A stretch of DNA of 12,084 nucleotides from Octopus sinensis. Taxonomy: Eukaryota. This document shows, in pieces, positions 6,878-12,084 of this stretch; the stretch's first letter is position 1; every line of letters starts with the position of its first letter. The stretch is taken from positions 1 through 12,084 of the forward strand of contig NW_021826782.1 of NCBI RefSeq assembly GCF_006345805.1, read 5' to 3'. Below the pieces are notes generated by a model. It saw only the letters and a list, made by a program, of their open reading frames with translations. It was not told where the DNA came from and did not search any database. Position numbers and translations under genes: made by a program.

Positions 6878-7700
6878 CTCAGGCGGTTTTCATGATTTCC
6901 TCAGTTAATGCCTATGTGGATGTTGTTGTTGTTGTTAATGTTTGGTATCCCAACCCACGACATCAAGCAGACATAACACCAAAATCATTCCAGCAGCAAC
7001 CAACCAATCGTTTGCTTTACTTTCAGCCATAGTTTATCTAGAACTACAAATTTAATAACTTTTATCCTAAATAAGAGCTGAAGCGACTATGTAAAGGCTC
7101 GGAGGTTAACACATTAGACTTTTGTTATATAAGATCTCTTACACATCGAGGGAACTTGTACGTAAAGGCTTCATCATTGACTCATAACAAAAACATGTAT
7201 CGTATTGTGTTGTTGATTTAGTTGAATGTATCGATCTTTGGTTTATATTGGCCTTGTATTGAATTGTAGTTGCATAAGTGGTACTAAAGAAAAAAGCTAC
7301 AATAATTTGTTTCGAAACTTCCAAAACATTTTATTGAATTATATATTTTCTGGTTGATTCTTGACTTGTGGTTATTTAAGGGAATGTAGGTTAACCTTAT
7401 TAAAGCAAACCTTATTACACAGAACAAATCAAGGAACTGACTTGAGAGAGTTCATATACGAAGAGGTGATATTGATAACAGATGTTTGGCTTCTTCAGTG
7501 GCTTGTATTAAAAGGTGAGTGGTACTCTGTATCGACGAATTTTTTGAATATATTGATCTTTAGCATATATTGGTCTGGCATTGACTGTAACTTGCATAAG
7601 TTTCAGAATATTTTAGAATAGTGCCCGGGAAATATCCGCAAAATTTAGTTCTGAATCTAGCAAAACGCTTATAAATTTACAAAGTTTCTCAAATTATATA

Positions 7701-8229
7701 TTGGGTTGTCTGGAAAGTTCGTGCCCATTTATAGTAGCTTACCTTTCGACTTAATTTAAAACATGGTTGAGTCCATAAAATAGGATTTGACTACACCTCA
7801 ATTTAGAGCACAGTTTAAGCTGTGCTAATTCTGTAACCCTTTAAAATGGAAGATAAGAAAGTTCATTTTCGGCACTTGATGCTTTGGGAACCAGACAAAA
7901 ATTGCTGCAGCTCGGCTGGGATGTGTTAGCCCACCCTCCATATTCACCAGATATTGCTCCTTCCGATTTCCACTTATTCAGGTCTCTGCAGAATAGTCTG
8001 AATGGTAAAAATTTCAATTCCTTGGATGACGTAAAAAGATACCTTGATGAATTCTTTGCCATGAAACCACCTCAATTCTGGGAAGAGGGTATTTTCTAGT
8101 TAAAGCAAAGATGGAGACGCATTGTGCAACAAAATGGTTCATATTTGGTTGATTAAAAATGTAATGGCAAGTATTTATTGACATTTTACTCTCCTTTAAA
8201 AATCGGCACTAACTTTCCGGACAACCCAA
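7701..8229 (+). mobile_element. Internally deleted mariner (Tc1/mariner) transposon
   Basis: 30-bp TIRs 7701-7730 and 8200-8229 (27/30 identical), TA at 7699-7700 and 8230-8231, and transposase remnants inside. Confidence 0.95.
7846..8156 (+). pseudogene. Mariner transposase remnant (N-terminal 15 codons joined out of frame to the C-terminus)
   Basis: 7846-7890 encodes MEDKKVHFRHLMLWE (mariner N-terminal HFRH pattern). 7890-8156 encodes TRQKLLQLGWDVLAHPPYSPDIAPSDFHLFRSLQ...GIF*LKQRWRRIVQQNGSYLVD*, with the YSPD[L/I]APxD motif and an in-frame TAG at 8097-8099. Confidence 0.92.
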
Positions 8230-8347
8230 TAGCTTCTCAACGATTATAAACTTGTCGTTATTTCAGAGAGGTTGGTTAGCTTTCAGAGTGTTTGCACAGG
8301 TCTTTATGCACGTAAAATTTTCCTTAGCTCCTAAAATGCTTCTCACA

Positions 8348-8351
<4 letters not shown>

Positions 8352-8382
<31 letters not shown>
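8352..8382. repeat. (TA)n microsatellite at the LINE tail
   Basis: Directly visible. Confidence 0.9.
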
Positions 8383-8386
<4 letters not shown>

Positions 8387-8627
8387 TTTCAGCTCAAAGC
8401 TGATGTACCGCCGTTTTGCTACACTGTTATTACTAAGAGCCTCCTCTAATATGTGGCACTTGGTCACTTTGTGAAGAATGGAGTTTGATATAGCTACCCT
8501 CATATGCACCTCTTGCTGTGAGGTAGGTTCATCTGGGACTCTCGACAGGAAGAGGTCCACCTTTGATTTTAAAAACCCTGCATCTACTTTGTGCAAGTTC
8601 CTCAGACACTTTAAGAGAATATTAAAT
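8383..8627 (-). mobile_element. 5'-truncated CR1/L2-group LINE 3' end
   Basis: Minus strand encodes FNILLKCLRNLHKVDAGFLKSKVDLFLSRVPDEPTSQQEVHMRVAISNSILHK, fitting the LFN.LP...R...FK..LD.FL..VPDEP...NS C-terminal pattern of CR1-like ORF2. It ends in GAGCTGAAACCAA plus a TA tail. Confidence 0.75.
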
Positions 8628-8653
8628 ACATATAAATATATATATACATATTC

Positions 8654-8719
8654 AGAGAGAAAGAGAGAGAGAGAGAGAGGGAGAGAGAGAGAGAGAGGGA
8701 GAGAGAGAGAGAGAGAGAG
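8654..8719. repeat. (GA)n microsatellite
   Basis: Directly visible. Confidence 0.95.
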
Positions 8720-9646
8720 GTAGGCATGTGTATGCGTGCATGTATGAGTATGTGAGCGTATATGTTTTTCTTCGCCAATGAATGCTGGTGAGAAGATTTG
8801 AGCATCGACAACAAAAGCCATAGAAACCGATGCTTCTTAAACAAAGCCCATTGCGATAAAAATCTTTCTAAACAAAATCACAGATACTTCATTTCCGGTC
8901 TAACCGTCCGAAATGCATTCAATCAATCATTCAATGGTCCATTTGAAGATTTGTAACTAACGACGCTATGGTTCAAATTTGTGAATGGAAAATAAAAATG
9001 AACAAAAGAAACAAAGAATGAATAGCTAGAGGATGATCTTCATTCACCCAGGTATTTGTAAGTCTTTTAAGAGAATATCTGTCGTCTTTTGATGACAAGA
9101 TCAAAAAGTCGAGTCAACCAGTGTAATATCAACACTATCAGAGTTATTCTTTTCAGGAGTTTTGAAGATCAAACCCAACACATATCAAAGCCTACAATTC
9201 AAAATAAATAAAACAAAAAAAAAAAAAAATAAAACACAAACAAACATAAAAGGAAAGCAAGCAATTAGATAAGATTGTTCCAGTTATGAAATGAAGCTCA
9301 GGACACAAGCATAATTCATAAGAGATTTTGTTGATCGGATCTTGAGTGTAGGCCGCCAAGTTCAGAGTTGAACTGAGGTTAAATAGTGTCATACTAAGAA
9401 ATCTCGGCGTACAATGCTTAGAAATCGATACGTGGCATAAGAGAATTATAGAAAGGAAATTAAAACGACAAACAATGCAGAAATTTTAAAAGAAACAGCA
9501 ATATTTTCTTTTTCTTTAAAAAGAAGACGGAATTATGTAACAACATAGCAATACATTTTAGCGGTTACGAAAAAAAATTCGAAATAAGCTAATATAATAT
9601 AGATTTTTTTAGCTCCGATATAAACACTGTAAACATATTTCCGTTT

Positions 9647-9648
9647 AC

Positions 9649-9680
<32 letters not shown>

Positions 9681-9683
9681 ATT

Positions 9684-9715
<32 letters not shown>

Positions 9716-10009
9716 AGTATGCATATATATAAAATAGATACGTGTGTTTATGTATATGTACAAATACATATATATATAGACGCATACAGTCATCAATGCA
9801 CACATACCTACATACATATACACACGTACACACAGAGGCTGACATATATATGTATGTATCTCTCCAGACAGACGTCTACAACAATGGTTAGTTTATTGGT
9901 TTAGTTCTGTGTGGCATTTTAAAAATCATTCATGCATATGGTATAAGTTGTGTAGAAAAATGAGAGACAGGGATGGAAGAAAGGTCTATTTTGTTCACAT
10001 ATATATGTA

Positions 10010-10053
<44 letters not shown>

Positions 10054-10299
10054 ATATATAATATATATATACATATAGCGTGTGTGTGTGTATATATAAT
10101 ATATATATATAAAAATTTAATGCGACCTTTTTAAAGCTTAGCCAGGCTCATGGGCCCGGTTTCCCGGTTTCCTTGGCGTATATGTTCCCCAGCTGGATGG
10201 GACGCCAGTCCATTGTAGATAATATATATATATATTATATGTATATTAATTATATATATATATTGATATACAGATATATATATAATGAATATATATACA

Positions 10300-10344
<45 letters not shown>

Positions 10345-11039
10345 GTATATATATATATATATGATTAATGTTCTGAATGTATACATACATGCATATATAT
10401 GAGTGTGTGTGTGTGTGTGCATGTTTATACAGATATAGACATGTATACACTAAAGGCCACGCAGACATACATATAAACAGAAACACAATGCAAACGAACA
10501 TACGCGGCTATATACCCGTGCGCATGCATATAGAAAGCCGTATAGCGAATTCATCAAGTTGTCTTACTTTTCTCTATGACGTACAAAGAATTCTGAGGTA
10601 TTTCCTTTTATCCCATGTGGTTTGAAGTGTTGGTGCAGACCAAAATGTAATCTCGAGAATAGTGGTGAAAGCAGTTTCTTGTTTTGCTTTTGCCCAATCA
10701 GGTGCCTTTTTCATCTACCTCACTACAAACACAGACACACACACACACACGCACACACACACACCACACACACACACAAACACACACACACACACGCGCA
10801 CACATACACACGCACACATACACACACACACAAATAATCACACAGAACAAATGCATGCACACATTTTCCCACGTACCCAAACACATGTACGCACATAGGT
10901 ACACAGTCAAACACACACACACTCACACGTACCTCATCAACTTATCCAGCAGTCGCCTTGCTATGTGTCTGTGTGTATTTATAAAAAATGCTGCATGTGT
11001 ATATATAATGAATACATATACATCTGGATATGCTTGTGG

Positions 11040-11093
<54 letters not shown>

Positions 11094-11179
11094 ATTATAT
11101 ATATATATATATATTGTATGTATATATCTATATGTTATACATATTTATTATAGTATATATATGTATATATGTATGTATG

Positions 11180-11229
<50 letters not shown>

Positions 11230-11445
11230 ATTATATATATATACACACATATATTTAGATATATGCATATATATGTTCGTGTATATTACATATATGTATG
11301 TATTTTTATATGTATGCGTATACATGCCTCTCTCCCTCCCTTCCTGTCTATATATATGTGTGTGTGTCTGTGTGTGTGTGTGTGTGTACAAACATACACT
11401 GAAAAACACACATACTCCACAAACACCGAAAAACACATTTACCCA

Positions 11446-11476
<31 letters not shown>

Positions 11477-11834
11477 CACGTTCAGCTACTCATTTTGCCG
11501 AATACCGAAATCTATTAAAACATCTGAATTTTTTTTTTTTTTATTATAAACAAACTGCTTTTAACAAACTTCTCATAGAATGCGACAGACTAGTAAAAGA
11601 TTGAAGAGGAAGGGTGGGGCGAGAAATACGTCCTTAAGAAAGCTAAGGAAAACGGAAAATGAAACAAAAACCAAAAGAAGAGAGAAAAAAAACGGAAAAA
11701 AAAAACGGAACGAAACATTATTGCATTCGAAAAGAAGAAAAGAAGAATTTAAATATAAGAAATAGACGTGTAAAACACAAATATCCATGCACACACAGAC
11801 ATATTATGTCTATGTGTATTATATATATATATAT

Positions 11835-11912
<78 letters not shown>

Positions 11913-12084
11913 CAGCATGTATTTATATATATATATATAACACAGACAGACATATGTATATATATATATTATGATATGTAGAAAAATACAGACTGAGACA
12001 AGAACGCATATATATATATAATATATATACACTCACACATATGTATGTATGTTTGTATATCGACATATATATACAATATATATA
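9647..12084. repeat. Field of (TA)n, (CA/TG)n and (TATG)n-type microsatellites with short unique islands
   Basis: Tracts at about 9647-9830, 9998-10110, 10219-10420, 10728-10830, 11041-11300, 11350-11390, 11448-11477, 11818-11970 and 12009-12084. Confidence 0.95.
10116..10218 (-). mobile_element. SINE family 3 3' half (Nin/Deu-domain-like)
   Basis: Minus strand reads ATGGACTGGCGTCCCATCCAG...GAAACCGGGAAACCGGGCCCATGAGCCTGGCT, resembling the conserved GATGGACT.GCATCCCATCCAG...GAAACCGG block of Nin/Deu-type SINEs as I recall it. It is a GC-rich island between TA tracts. Confidence 0.6.

Noticed and set aside
7841-8062. Minus-strand 73-aa ORF
   Set aside because: It is the antisense shadow of the mariner transposase remnant.
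9143-9232. Acceptor TTATTCTTTTCAG, short frame, AATAAA and A-run as a terminal exon or retrocopy tail
   Set aside because: The peptide is unrecognisable, no TSD is seen, and A-runs and AATAAA are frequent here.
9645-11981. Numerous YI/HT/CV-repeat ORFs and the K/R-rich ORFs at 11580-11940
   Set aside because: They are translations of dinucleotide repeats and an A-rich low-complexity tract.

Overview
AT-rich, microsatellite-dense eukaryotic non-coding DNA (intron or intergenic). No convincing host protein-coding gene, RNA gene or CRISPR array is visible, and most ORFs in the track are artefacts of (TA)n, (CA)n and trinucleotide repeats. The SINE families look like those I recall from octopus/coleoid cephalopod genomes; this is pattern recognition, not a database search. 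Supported elements: an internally deleted mariner with intact TIRs and TA target duplication (7701-8229); 3' stubs of an RTE-like LINE (5870-6004) and a CR1/L2-like LINE (8383-8627); several tRNA-derived SINE copies from about three families; and a fold-back with a perfect 78-bp inverted repeat (339-416/725-802). The most unusual feature is a ~0.4-0.5 kb segment present three times (4091-4476, 5356-5875, 6345-6877). Its middle copy is shuffled and partly inverted, appears to be a chimera of its two neighbours, and is fused to the RTE stub. The third copy carries a 120-codon ORF of doubtful coding status.
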